The notes below the pieces were generated by a model. That model searched no databases and was not told where the DNA came from. It was given only the letters and a program-made list of their open reading frames with translations. A program made the position numbers and the translations under genes. This document shows, one piece after another, positions 38,601 to 51,359 of a stretch of 64,000 bases of DNA (the first letter of the stretch is position 1; every line of letters starts with the position of its first letter). The stretch is from Heterodontus francisci (taxonomy: Eukaryota), in contig NC_090399.1 of NCBI RefSeq assembly GCF_036365525.1, positions 66,272,862 through 66,336,861 on the forward strand, written 5' to 3'.

Positions 38601-41600
38601 CTCATTCACACGCTCTCAGTTCCCCCCTCACTCGTTCCCTCGCTCTCAGTTCCCCCCTCACTCGTTCACTCGCTCTCAGTTCCCCCCTCACTCGTCCCCT
38701 CGCTCTCAGTTCCCCCTCACTCGTTCACTCGCTCTCAGTTCCCCCCTCACTCGTTCACTCGCTCTCAGTTCCCCCCTCACTCGTCCCCTCGCTCTCAGTT
38801 CCCCCCTCACTCGTTCACACGCTCTCAGTTCCCCCCTCACTCGTCCCCTCGCTCTCAGTTCCCCCCTCACTCTCAGTTCCCCCCTCACTCTCAGTTCCCC
38901 CCTCACTCGTTCCCTCGCTCTCAGTTCCCCCCTCACTCGTTCCCTCGCTCTCAGTTCCCCCCTCACTCGTTCACTCACTCTCAGTTCCCCCGTCACTCGT
39001 TCCCTCGTTCTCGATTCCCCCCTCACTCGTTCACTCACTATCAGTTCCCCCCTCACTCGTTCCTTCGCTCTCAGTTCCCCCCTCACTCGTTCACACGCTC
39101 TCAGTTCCCCCCTCACTCGTTCCCTCGCTCTCAGTTCCCCCCTCACTCGTCCCCTCGTTCTCGATTCCCCCCTCACTCGTTCACTCACTATCAGTTCCCC
39201 CCTCACTCGTTCCCTCGCTCTCAGTTCCCCCCTCACTCATTCCCTCGCTCTCAGTTCCCCCCTCACTCGTTCACACACTATCAGTTCCCCCCTCACTCGT
39301 TCCCTCGCTCTCAGTTCCCCCCTCACTCGTTCACTCGCTATCAGTTCCCCCCTCACTCGTTCACTCGCTATCAGTTCCCCCCTCACTCGTTCCCTCGCTC
39401 TCAGTTCCCCCTCACTCGTTCACTCTCTCTCAGTTCCCCCCTCACTCGTTCACTCACTCTCAGTTCCCCCCTCACTCGTTCACTCACTCTCAGTTCCCCC
39501 CTCACTCGTTCACTCACTCTCAGTTCCCCCCTCACTCTCAGTTCCCCCCTCACTCTCAGTTCCCCCCTCACTCGTTCGCTCACTCTCAGTTCCCCCCTCA
39601 CTCGTTCGCTCACTCTCAGTTCCCCCCTCACTCGTTCGCTCACTCTCAGTTCCCCCCTCACTCGTTCGCTCACTCTCAGTTCCCCCCTCACTCGTTCACT
39701 CACTCTCAGTTCCCCCCTCACTCGTTCGCTCGCTCTCAGTTCCCCCCTCACTCGTTCGCTCGCTCTCAGTTCCCCCCTCACTCGTTCGCTCGCTCTCAGT
39801 TCCCCCCTCACTCGTTCGCTCGCTCTCAGTTCCCCCCTCACTCGTTCTGTCGCTCTCAGTTCCCCCCTCACTCGTCCCCTCGCTCTCAGTTCCCCCCTCA
39901 CCTGTTCCGTCGCTCTCAGTTCCCCCCTCACTCGTTCCCTCGCTCTCAGTTCCCCCCTCACCTGTTCCGTCGCTCTCAGTTCCCCCCTCACTCGTTCCCT
40001 CGCTCTCAGTTCCCCTCTCACTCACTCACTCGCTCTCAGTTCCCCCCTCACTCGTTCCCTCGCTCTCAGTTCCCCCCTCACTCGTTCACTCGCTCTCAGT
40101 TCCCCCGTCACTCGTCCCCTCGCTCTCAGTTCCCCCCTCACTCGATCCCTCGCTCTCAGTTCCCCCCTCACTCGATCCCTCGCTCTCAGTTCCCCCCTCA
40201 CTCGTTCCCTCGCTCTCAGTTCCCCCCTCACTCGTTCCCTCGCTCTCAGTTCCCCCCTCACTCGTTCCCTCGCTCTCAGTTCCCCCCTCACCTGTTCTGT
40301 CGCTCACAGTTCCCCCTCACTCGTCCCCTCGCTCTCAGTTCCCCCCTCACTCGTACGCTCGCTCTCAGTTCCCCCCTCACTCGTTCCCTCGCTCTCAGTT
40401 CCCCCCTCACTCGTTCCCTCGCTCTCAGTTCCCCCCTCACTCGTTCCCTCGCTCTCAGTTCCCCCCTCACTCGTTCCCTCGCTCTCAGTTCCCCCGTCAC
40501 TCGTTCCCTCGCTCTCAGTTCCCCGCTCACTCGTTCCCTCGCTCTCAGTTCCCCCCTCACTCGTTCCCTCGCTCTCAGTTCCCCCCTCACCTGTTCTGTC
40601 GCTCACAGTTCCCCCTCACTCGTCCCCTCGCTCTCAGTTCCCCCCTCACTCATTCCCTCGCTCTCAGTTCCCCCTCACTCGTTCCCTCGCTCTCAGTTCC
40701 CCCCTCACTCGTTCCCTCGCTCTCAGTTCCCCCCTCACTCGTTCACTCGCTCTCAGTTCCCCCCTCACTCGTTCACTCGCTCTCAGTTCCCCCCTCACTC
40801 GTTCACTCGCTCTCAGTTCCCCCCTCACTCGTTCACTCGCTCTCAGTTCCCCCCTCACTCGTTCACTCGCTCTCAGTTCCCCCCTCACTCGTTCACACGC
40901 TCTCAGTTCCCCCCTCACTCGTTCCCTCGCTCTCAGTTCCCCCGCTCTCAGTTCCCCCCTCACTCGTTCCCTCGCTCTCAGTTCCCCCCTCACTCGTTCC
41001 CTCGCTCTCAGTTCCCCCGCTCTCAGTTCCCCCCTCACTCGTTCCCTCGCTCTCAGTTTCCCCCTCACTCGTTCACTTCGCTCTCAGTTCCCCCCTCACT
41101 CGTCCCCTCGCTCTCAGTTCCCCCCTCACTCGTTCACTCGCTCTCAGTTCCCCCCTCACTCGTTCGCTCGCTCTCAGTTCCCCCCTCACTCGTTCGCTCG
41201 CTCTCAGTTCCCCCCTCACTCGTTCGCTCGCTCTCAGTTCCCCCCTCACTCGTCCCCTCGCTCTCAGTTCCCCCCTCACTCGTCCCCTCGCTCTCAGTTC
41301 CCCCCTCACTCGTTCGCTCACTCTCAGTTCCCCCCTCACTCGTCCCCTCGCTCTCAGTTCCCCCCTCACTCGTCCCCTCGCTCTCAGTTCCCCCCTCACT
41401 CGTCCCCTCGCTCTCAGTTCCCCCCTCACTCGTCCCCTCGCTCTCAGTTCCCCCCTCACTCGTTCGCTCGCTCTCAGTTCCCCCTCACTCGTTCGCTCAC
41501 TCTCAGTTCCCCCCTCACTCGTTCTGTCGCTCTCAGTTCCCCCCTCACTCGTCCCCTCGCTCTCAGTTCCCCCCTCACCTGTTCTGTCGCTCTCAGTTCC

Positions 41601-44600
41601 CCCCTCACTCGTCCCCTCGCTCTCAGTTCCCCCCTCACCTGTTCCGTCGCTCTCAGTTCCCCCCTCACTCGTTCCCTCGCTCTCAGTTCCCCTCTCACTC
41701 ACTCACTCGCTCTCAGTTCCCCCCTCACTCGTTCCCTCGCTCTCAGTTCCCCCCTCACTCGTTCACTCGCTCTCAGTTCCCCCGTCACTCGTCCCCTCGC
41801 TCTCAGTTCCCCCGTCACTCGTCCCCTCGCTCTCAGTTCCCCCCTCACTCGATCCCTCGCTCTCAGTTCCCCCCTCACTCGTTCCTTCGCTCTCAGTTCC
41901 CCCCTCACTCGTTCCCTCGCTCTCAGTTCCCCCCTCACTCGTTCCCTCGCTCTCAGTTCCCCCCTCACCTGTTCTGTCGCTCACAGTTCCCCCTCACTCG
42001 TCCCCTCGCTCTCAGTTCCCCCGTCACTCGTCCCCTCCCTCTCAGTTCCCCCCTCACTCGATCCCTCGCTCTCAGTTCCCCCCTCACTCGTTCCCTCGCT
42101 CTCAGTTCCCCCCTCACTCGTTCCCTCGCTCTCAGTTCCCCCCTCACTTGTTCCCTCGCTCTTAGTTCCACCCTCACCCGTTCACACGCACTTAGTTCCC
42201 CCCTCACATGTTCACTCGCTCTCAGTTCCCCCCTCACTCGTTCCCTCGCTCTCAATTCCCCCCTCACTCGTTCCCTCGCTCTCAGTTCCCCCCTCACTCG
42301 TCCCCTCGCTCTCAGTTCCCCCCTCACTCGTCCCCTCGCTCTCAGTTCCCCCCTCACTCGTTCCCTCGCTCTCAGTTCCCCCCTCACTCGTTCACACACT
42401 ATCAGTTCCCCCCTCACTCGTTCCCTCGCTCTCAGTTCCCCCCTCACTCGTTCGCTCACTCTCAGTTCCCCCCTCACTCGTTCGCTCACTCTCAGTTCCC
42501 CCCTCACTCGTGCGCTCACTCTCAGTTCCCACCTCACTCGTTCGCTCACTCTCAGTTCCCACCTCACTCGTTCGCTCACTCTCACTTCTCCCGTCACTGG
42601 TTCACTCGCACTCAGTTCCCCCCTGACTCGCTCACTCACTCTCAGTTCCCCCCTCACTCGTTCGCTCGCTCTCAGTTCCCCCCTCAATCATTCACTCACT
42701 CTCAGTTCCCCCCTCACTCGTTCCCTCGCTCTCAGTTCCCCCCTCGCTCGTTCTCTCGCTCTCAGTTCCCCCCTCGCTCGTTCACCCGCTCTCAGTTCCC
42801 CCCTCGCTCGTTCTCTAGCTCTCAGTTCCCCCCTCGCTCATCCCCTCGCTCTCAGTTCCCCCCTCGCTCTCAGTTCCCCCCTCACTCGTTCCCTCGCTCT
42901 CAGTTCCCCCCTCACTCGTTCCCTCGCTCTCAGTTACCCCCTCACTCGTTGCCTCGCTCTCAGTTACCCCCTCACTCGTTGCCTCGCTCTCAGTTCCCCC
43001 CTCACTCGTTCCCTCGCTCTCAGTTCCCCCCTCACTCGTTCCCTCGCTCTCAGTTCCCCCCCTCACTCGTTCCCTCGCTCTCAGTTCCCCCCCTCACTCG
43101 TTCCCTCGCTCTCAGTTCCCCCCTCACTCGTTCCCTCGCTCTCAGTTCCCCCCTCACTCGTTCCCTCGCTCTCAGTTCCCCCCTCACTCGTTCCCTCGCA
43201 CTCAGTTCCCCCCTCACTCGTTCACTCGCTCTCAGATCCCCCCTCACTCGTTCACTCGTTCTCAGATCCCCCCTCACTCGTTCCCTGACTCTCAGTTCCC
43301 CCCTCACTCGTTCCCTGACTCTCAGTTTCCCCCTCACTCGTCCCCCCGCTCAGTTCCCCCCTCACTTGTTCCCTCGCTCTCAGTTCCCCCCTCGCTCTCA
43401 AATCCCCCCTCGCTCTCAGTTCCCCCGCTCTCAGTTCCCCCCTCACTCGTCCCCTCGCTCTCAGTTCCCCCCTCACTCGTCCCCTCGCTCTCAGTTCCCC
43501 CCTCACTCGTCCCCTCGCTCTCAGTTCCCCCCTCACTCGTCCCCTCGCTCTCAGTTCCCCCCTCACTCGTTCCCTCGCTCTCAGTTCCCCCCTCACTCGT
43601 TCACACACTATCAGTTCCCCCCTCACTCGTTCCCTCGCTCTCAGTTCCCCCCTCACTCGTTCACTCGCTATCAGTTCCCCCCTCACTCGTTCACTCGCTA
43701 TCAGTTCCCCCCTCACTCGTTCCCTCGCTCTCAGTTCCCCCTCACTCGTTCCCTCGCTCTCAGTTACCCCCTCACTCGTTCACTCACTCTCAGTTCCCCC
43801 CTCACTCGTTCACTCACTCTCAGTTCCCCCCTCACTCGTTCACTCACTCTCAGTTCCCCCCTCACTCTCAGTTCCCCCCTCACTCGTTCGCTCACTCTCA
43901 GTTCCCCCCTCACTCGTTCGCTCACTCTCAGTTCCCCCCTCACTCGTTCGCTCACTCTCAGTTCCCCCCTCACTCGTTCGCTCACTCTCAGTTCCCCCCT
44001 CACTCGTTCACTCACTCTCAGTTCCCCCCTCACTCGTTCACTCACTCTCAGTTCCCCCCTCACTCTCAGTTCCCCCCTCACTCGTTCGCTCACTCTCAGT
44101 TCCCCCCTCACTCGTTCGCTCACTCTCAGTTCCCCCCTCACTCGTTCGCTCACTCTCAGTTCCCCCCTCACTCGTTCGCTCGCTCTCAGTTCCCCCCTCA
44201 CTCGTTCGCTCACTCTCAGTTCCCCCCTCACTCGTTCGCACGCTCTCAGTTCCCCCCTCACTCGATCCCTCGCTCTCAGTTTCCCCCTCACTCGTTCCCT
44301 CGCTCTCAGTTCCCCCCTCACTCGTTCCCTCGCTCTCAGTTCCCCCCTCACCTGTTCTGTCGCTCACAGTTCCCCCTCACTCGTCCCCTCGCTCTCAGTT
44401 CCCCCGTCACTCGTCCCCTCGCTCTCAGTTCCCTCCTCACTCGATCCCTCGCTCTCAGTTCCCCCCTCACTCGTTCCCTCGCTCTCAGTTCCCCCCTCAC
44501 TCGTTCCCTCGCTCTCAGTTCCCCCCTCACTTGTTCCCTCGCTCTTAGTTCCCCCCTCACCCGTTCACACGCACTTAGTTCCCCCCTCACTCGTTCACAC

Positions 44601-47600
44601 ACTATCAGTTCCCCCCTCACTCGTTCCCTCGCTCTCAGTTCCCCCCTCACTCGTTCGCTCACTCTCAGTTCCCCCCTCACTCGTTCGCTCACTCTCAGTT
44701 CCCACCTCACTCGTTCGCTCACTCTCAGTTCCCACCTCACTCGTTCGCTCACTCTCACTTCTCCCGTCACTGGTTCACTCGCACTCAGTTCCCCCCTGAC
44801 TCGCTCACTCACTCTCAGTTCCCCCCTCACTTGTTCGCTCGCTCTCAGTTCCCCCCTCAATCATTCACTCGCTCTCAGTTCCCCCCTCACTCGTTCGCTT
44901 GCTCTCAGTTCCCCCCTCACTCGTTCTCTCGCTCTCAGTTCCCCCCTCGCTCTCAGTTCCCCCCTCACTCGTTCCCTCGCTCTCAGTTCCCCCCTCACTC
45001 GTTCCCTCGCTCTCAGTTACCCCCTCACTCGTTGCCTCGCTCTCAGTTACCCCCTCACTCGTTCACTCGCTCTCAGTTCCCCCCTCACTCGTTCCCTCGC
45101 TCTCAGTTCCCCCCTCACTCGTTCCCTCGCTCTCAGTTCCCCCCTCACTCGTTCCCTCGCACTCAGTTCCCCCCTCACTCGTTCACTCGTTCTCAGATCC
45201 CCCCTCACTCGTTCCCTGACTCTCAGTTCCCCCCTCACTCGTTCCCTGACTCTCAGTTTCCCCCTCACTCGTCCCCCCGCACAGTTCCCCCCTCACTTGT
45301 TCCCTCGCTCTCAGTTCCCCCCTCGCTCTCAGTTCCCCCCTCGCTCTCAGTTCCCCCCTCGCTCTCAGTTCCCTCGCTCTCAGTTCCCCCCTCACTCGTT
45401 CCCTCGCTCTCAGTTCCCCCCTCACTCGTTCCCTCGCTCTCAGTTCCCCCCTCACTCGTTCCCTCGCTCTCAGTTCCCCCCTCACTCGTCCCCTCGCTCT
45501 CAGTTCCCCCCTCACTCGATCCCTCGCTCTCAGTTCCCCCCTCACTCGATCCCTCGCTCAGTTCCCCCCTCACTCGTTCCCTCGCTCTCAGTTCCCCCCT
45601 CACTCGTTCCCTCGCTCTCACTTCCCCCCTCACTCGTTCCCTCGCTCTCACTTCCCCCCTCACCTGTTCTGTCGCTCACAGTTCCCCCTCACTCGTCCCC
45701 TCGCTCTCAGTTCCCACCTCACTCGTTCTCTCGCTCTTAGTTCCCCCCTCACTCGTTCCCTCGCTCTCAGTTCCCCCCTCACTCGTTCACTCGCTCTCAG
45801 TTCCCCCCTCACTCGTTCACTCGCTCTCAGTTCCCCCCTCACTCGTTCACTCGCTCTCAGTTCCCCCCTCACTCGTTCACTCGCTCTCAGTTCCCCCCTC
45901 ACTCGTTCACACGCTCTCAGTACCCCCCTCACTCGTTCCCTCGCTCTCAGTTCCCCCCTCACTCGTTCACACGCTCTCAGTTCCCCCCTCACTTGTTCCC
46001 TCGCTCTCAGTTCCCCCCTCACTCGTTCACACGCTCTCAGTTCCCCCCTCACTCGTTCCCTCGCTCTCAGTTCCCCCCTCACTCGTTCACACGCTCTCAG
46101 TTCCCCCCTCACTCGTTCACTCGCTCTCAGTTCCCCCCTTACTCGTCCCCTCGCTCTCAGTTCCCCCCTCACTCGTCCCCTCGCTCTCAGTTCCCCCCTC
46201 ACTCTCAGTTCCCCCCTCACTCGTTCCCTCGCTCTCAGTTCCCCCCTCACTCGTTCACTCGCTCTCAGTTCCCCCGTCACTCGTTCCCTCGCTCTCAGTT
46301 ACCCCCTCACTCGTTCCCTCGCTCTCAGTTCCCCCCTCACTCGTTCCCTCGCTCTCAGTTCCCCCCTCACTCGTCCCCTCGTTCTCGATTCCCCCCTCAC
46401 TCGTTCACTCACTATCAGTTCCCCCCTCACTCGTTCCCTCGCTCTCAGTTCCCCCCTCACTCGTTCCCTCGCTCTCAGTTCCCCCCTCACTCGTTCACAC
46501 ACTAACAGTTCCCCCCTCACTCGTTCCCTCGCTCTCAGTTCCCCCCTCACTCGTTCACATCGCTATCAGTTCCCCCCTCACTCGTTCACTCGCTATCAGT
46601 TCCCCCCTCACTCGTTCCCTCGCTATCAGTTCCCCCCTCACTCGTTCACATCGCTATCAGTTCCCCCCTCACTCGTTCACTCGCTATCAGTTACCCCCTC
46701 ACTCGTTCACTCACTCTCAGTTACCCCCTCACTCGTCCCCTCGCTCTCAGTTCCCCCCTCACTCGTTCTCTCACTCTCAGTTCCCCCCTCACTCGTTCAC
46801 TCACTCTCAGTTCCCCCCTCACTCGTTCACTCACTCTCAGTTCCCCCCTCACTGGTTCACTCACTCTCAGTTCCCCCCTCACTCTCAGTTCCCCCCTCAC
46901 TCGTTCGCTCACTCTCAGTTCCCCCCTCACTCGTTCACTCGCTCTCAGTTCCCCCCTCACTCGTTCCCTCGCTCTCAGTTCTCCCCTCACTCGTTCACTC
47001 GCTATCAGTTCCCCCCTCACTCGTTCCCTCGCTCTCAGTTCCCCCCTCACTCGTTCGCTCGCTCTCAGTTCCCCCCTCACTCGTTCGCTCACTCTCAGTT
47101 CCCCCCTCACTCGTTCGCTCACTCTCAGTTCCCCCCTCACTCGTTCGCTCACTCTCAGTTCCCCCCTCACTCGTTCCCTCGCTCTCAGTTCCCCCCTCAC
47201 TCGTTCCCTCGCTCTCAGTTCCCCCCTCACTCGTTCACTCGCTCTCAGTTCCCCCCTCACTCGTTCACTCGCTCTCAGTTCCCCCCTCACTCGTTCACTC
47301 GCTCTCAGTTCCCCCCTCACTCGTTCACTCGCTATCAGTTCCCCCCTCACTCGTTCCCTCGCTCTCAGTTCCCCCCTCACTCGTTCACTCGCTATCAGTT
47401 CCCCCCTCACTCGTTCACTCGCTATCAGTTCCCCCCTCACTCGTTCCCTCGCTCTCAGTTCCCCCTCACTCGTTCCCTCGCTCTCAGTTCCCCCTCACTC
47501 GTTCCCTCGCTCTCAGTTACCCCCCTCACTCGTTCACTCACTCTCAGTTCCCCCCTCACTCGTTCACTCACTCTCAGTTCCCCCCTCACTGGTTCACTCA

Positions 47601-50600
47601 CTCTCAGTTCCCCCCTCACTCTCAGTTCCCCCCTCACTCGTTCGCTCACTCTCAGTTCCCCCCTCACTCGTTCACTCGCTCTCAGTTCCCCCCTCACTCG
47701 TTCCCTCGCTCTCAGTTCCCCCCTCACTCGTTCACTCGCTATCAGTTCCCCCCTCACTCGTTCCCTCGCTCTCAGTTCCCCCCTCACTCGTTCGCTCGCT
47801 CTCAGTTCCCCCCTCACTCGTTCGCTCGCTCTCAGTTCCCCCCTCACTCGTTCGCTCGCTCTCAGTTCCCCCCTCACTCGTTCGCTCGCTCTCAGTTCCC
47901 CCCTCACTCGTTCCCTCGCTCTCAGTTCCCCCCTCACTCGTTCCCTCGCTCTCAGTTCCCCCCTCACTCGTTCACTCGCTCTCAGTTCCCCCCTCACTCG
48001 TTCACTCGCTCTCAGTTCCCCCCTCACTCGTTCACTCGCTCTGAGTTCCCCCTCACTCGTTCACTTCGCTCTCAGTTCCCTCCTCACTCGTTCCCTCGCT
48101 CTCAGTTCCCCCCTCACTCGTTCACACGCTCTCAGTTCCCCCCTCACTCGTTCCCTCGCTCTCAGTTCCCCCGCTCTCAGTTCCCCCCTCACTCGTTCCC
48201 TCGCTCTCAGTTCCCCCCTCACTCGTTCACACGCTCTCAGTTCCCCCCTCACTCGTTCCCTCGCTCTCAGTTCCCCCCTCACTCGTTCACACGCTCTCAG
48301 TTCCCCCCTCACCCGTTCACACGCAGTTAGTTCCCCCCTCACTCGTTCGCTCGCTCTCAGTTCCCCCCTCACTCGTTCGCTCGCTCTCAGTTCCCCCCTC
48401 ACTCGTTCACTCGCTCTCAGTTCCCCCCTCACTCGTTCCCTCGCTCTCAGTTCCCCCCTCACTCGTTCACACGCTCTCAGTTCCCCCCTCACTCGTTCCC
48501 TCGCTCTCAGTTCCCCCCTCACTCGTTCCCTCGCTCTCAGTTCCCCCCTCACTCGTTCACACGCTCTCAGTTCCCCCCTCACCCGTTCACACGCAGTTAG
48601 TTCCCCCCTCACTCGTTCGCTCGCTCTCAGTTCCCCCCTCACTCGTTCGCTCGCTCTCAGTTCCCCCCTCACATGTTCACTCGCTCTCAGTTCCCCCCTC
48701 ACTCGTCCCCTCGCTCTCAGTTCCCCCCTCACTCGTTCACTCGCTCTCAGTTCCCCCCTCACTCGTCCGTTCGCTCTCAGTTCCCCCCTCACTCGTCCGC
48801 TCGCTCTCAGTTCCCCCCTCACTCGTCCGCTCGCTCTCAGTTCCCCCCTCACTCGTCCGCTCGCTCTCAGTTCCCCCCTCACTCGTCCGCTCGCTCTCAG
48901 TTCCCCCCTCACTCGTCCCCTCGCTCTCAGTTCCCCCCTCACTCGTCCCCTCGCTCTCAGTTCCCCCCTCACTCGTCCCCTCGCTCTCAGTTCCCCCCTC
49001 ACTCGTCCCCTCGCTCTCAGTTCCCCCCTCACTCGTCCCCTCGCTCTCAGTTCCCCCCTCACTCGTCCCCTCGCTCTCAGTTCCCCCCTCACTCGTCCCC
49101 TCGCTCTCAGTTCCCCCCTCACTCGTCCCCTCGCTCTCAGTTCCCCCCTCACTCGTCCCCTCGCTCTCAGTTCCCCCCTCACTCGTCCCCTCGCTCTCAG
49201 TTCCCCCCTCACTCGTCCCCTCGCTCTCAGTTCCCCCCTCACTCGTTCCCTCGCTCTCAGTTCCCCCCTCACTCGTTCACTCACTCTCAGTTCCCCCCTC
49301 ATTCGTTCCCTCGCTCTCAGTTCCCCCCTCACTCGTTCCCTCGCTCTCAGTTCCCCCTCACTCGTTCCCTCGCTCTCAGTTCCCCCCTCACTCGTCCCCT
49401 CGCTCTCAGTTCCCCCCTCACTCGTCCCCTCGCTCTCAGTTCCCCCCTCACTCGTCCCCTCGCTCTCAGTTCCCCCCTCACTCGTTCCCTCGCTCTCAGT
49501 TCCCCCCTCACTCGTTCACACACTATCAGTTCCCCCCTCACTCGTTCCCTCGCTCTCAGTTCCCCCCTCACTCGTTCGCTCACTCTCAGTTCCCCCCTCA
49601 CTCGTTCGCTCACTCTCAGTTCCCCCCTCACTCGTACGCTCACTCTCAGTTCCCCCCTCACTCGTTCGCTCACTCTCAGTTCCCACCTCACTCGTTCGCT
49701 CACTCTCACTTCTCCCGTCACTGGTTCACTCGCACTCAGTTCCCCCCTCACTTGTTCTCTCGCTCTCAGTTCCCCCCTCGCTCGTTCGCTCACTCTCAGT
49801 TCCCCCCTCACTCGTACGCTCACTCTCAGTTCCCCCCTCACTCGTTCGCAGACTCTCAGTTCCCACCTCACTCGTTTGCTGACTCTCAGTTCCCACCTCA
49901 CTCGTTCGCTCACTCTCACTTCTCCCGTCACTGGTTCACTCGCACTCAGTTCCCCCCTCACTCGCTCACTCACTCTCAGTTCCCCCCTCATTCATTCACT
50001 CACTCTCAGTTCCCCCCTCATTCATTCACCCGCTCTCAGTTCCCCCCTCGCTCGTTCTCTCGCTCTCAGTTCCCCCCTCGCTCGTTCCCTCGCTCTCAGT
50101 TCCCCCCTCGCTCATCCCCTCGCTCTCAGTTCCCCCCTCGCTCTCAGTTCCCCCCTCGCTCTCAGTTCCCCCCTCGCTCGTTCCCTCGCTCTCAGTTCCC
50201 CCCTCACTCGTTCCCTCGCTCTCAGTTACCCCCTCACTCGTTCCCTCGCTCTCAGTTACCCCCTCACTCGTTCCCTCGCTCTGAGTTACCCCCTCACTCG
50301 TTCCCTCGCTCTCAGTTCCCCCCTCACTCGTTCACTCGCTCTCAGTTCCCCCCTCACTCGTTCCCTCGCTCTCAGTTACCCCCTCACTCGTCCCCTCGTT
50401 CTCGATTCCCCCGTCACTCGTTCACTCACTATCAGTTCCCCCCTCACTCGTTCCCTCGCTCTCAGTTCCCCCCTCACTCGTTCACACACTATCAGTTCCC
50501 CCCTCACTCGTTCTCTCGCTCTCAGTTCCCCCCTCACTCGTTCACTCGCTATCAGTTCCCCCCTCACTCGTTCACTCGCTCTCAGTTCCCCCCTCACTCG

Positions 50601-51359
50601 TTCCCTCGCTCTCAGTTCCCCCCTCACTCGTTCACTCACTCTCAGTTCCCCCCTCACTCGTTCACTCACTCTCAGTTCCCCCCTCACTCGTTCACTCACT
50701 CTCAGTTCCCCCCTCACTCGTTCACTCACTCTCAGTTCCCCCCTCACTCGTTCACTCACTCTCAGTTCCCCCCTCACTCTCAGTTCCCCCCTCACTCTCA
50801 GTTCCCCCCTCACTCGTTCGCTCACTCTCAGTTCCCCCCTCACTCTCAGTTCCCCCCTCACTCGTTCGCTCACTCTCAGTTCCCCCCTCACTCGTTCGCT
50901 CACTCTCAGTTCCCCCCTCACTCGTTCGCTCACTCTCAGTTCCCACCTCACTCGTTCCCTCGCTCTCAGTTCCCCTCTCACTCACTCACTCGCTCTCAGT
51001 TCTCCCCTCACCTGTTCCGTCGCTCTCAGTTCCCCCCTCACTCGTTCCCTCGCTCTCAGTTCCCCTCTCACTCACTCACTCGCTCTCAGTTCCCCCCTCA
51101 CTCGTCCCCTCGCTCTCAGTTCCCCCCTCACCTGTTCTGTCGCTCTCAGTTCCCCCCTCACTCGTTCCCTCGCTCTCAGTTCTCCCCTCACCTGTTCCGT
51201 CGCTCTCAGTTCCCCCCTCACTCGTTCCCTCGCTCTCAGTTCCCCTCTCACTCACTCACTCGCTCTCAGTTCCCCCCTCACTCGTTCCCTCGCTCTCAGT
51301 TCCCCTCTCACTCACTCACTCGCTCTCAGTTCCCCCCTCACTCGTTCCCTCGCTCTCAG

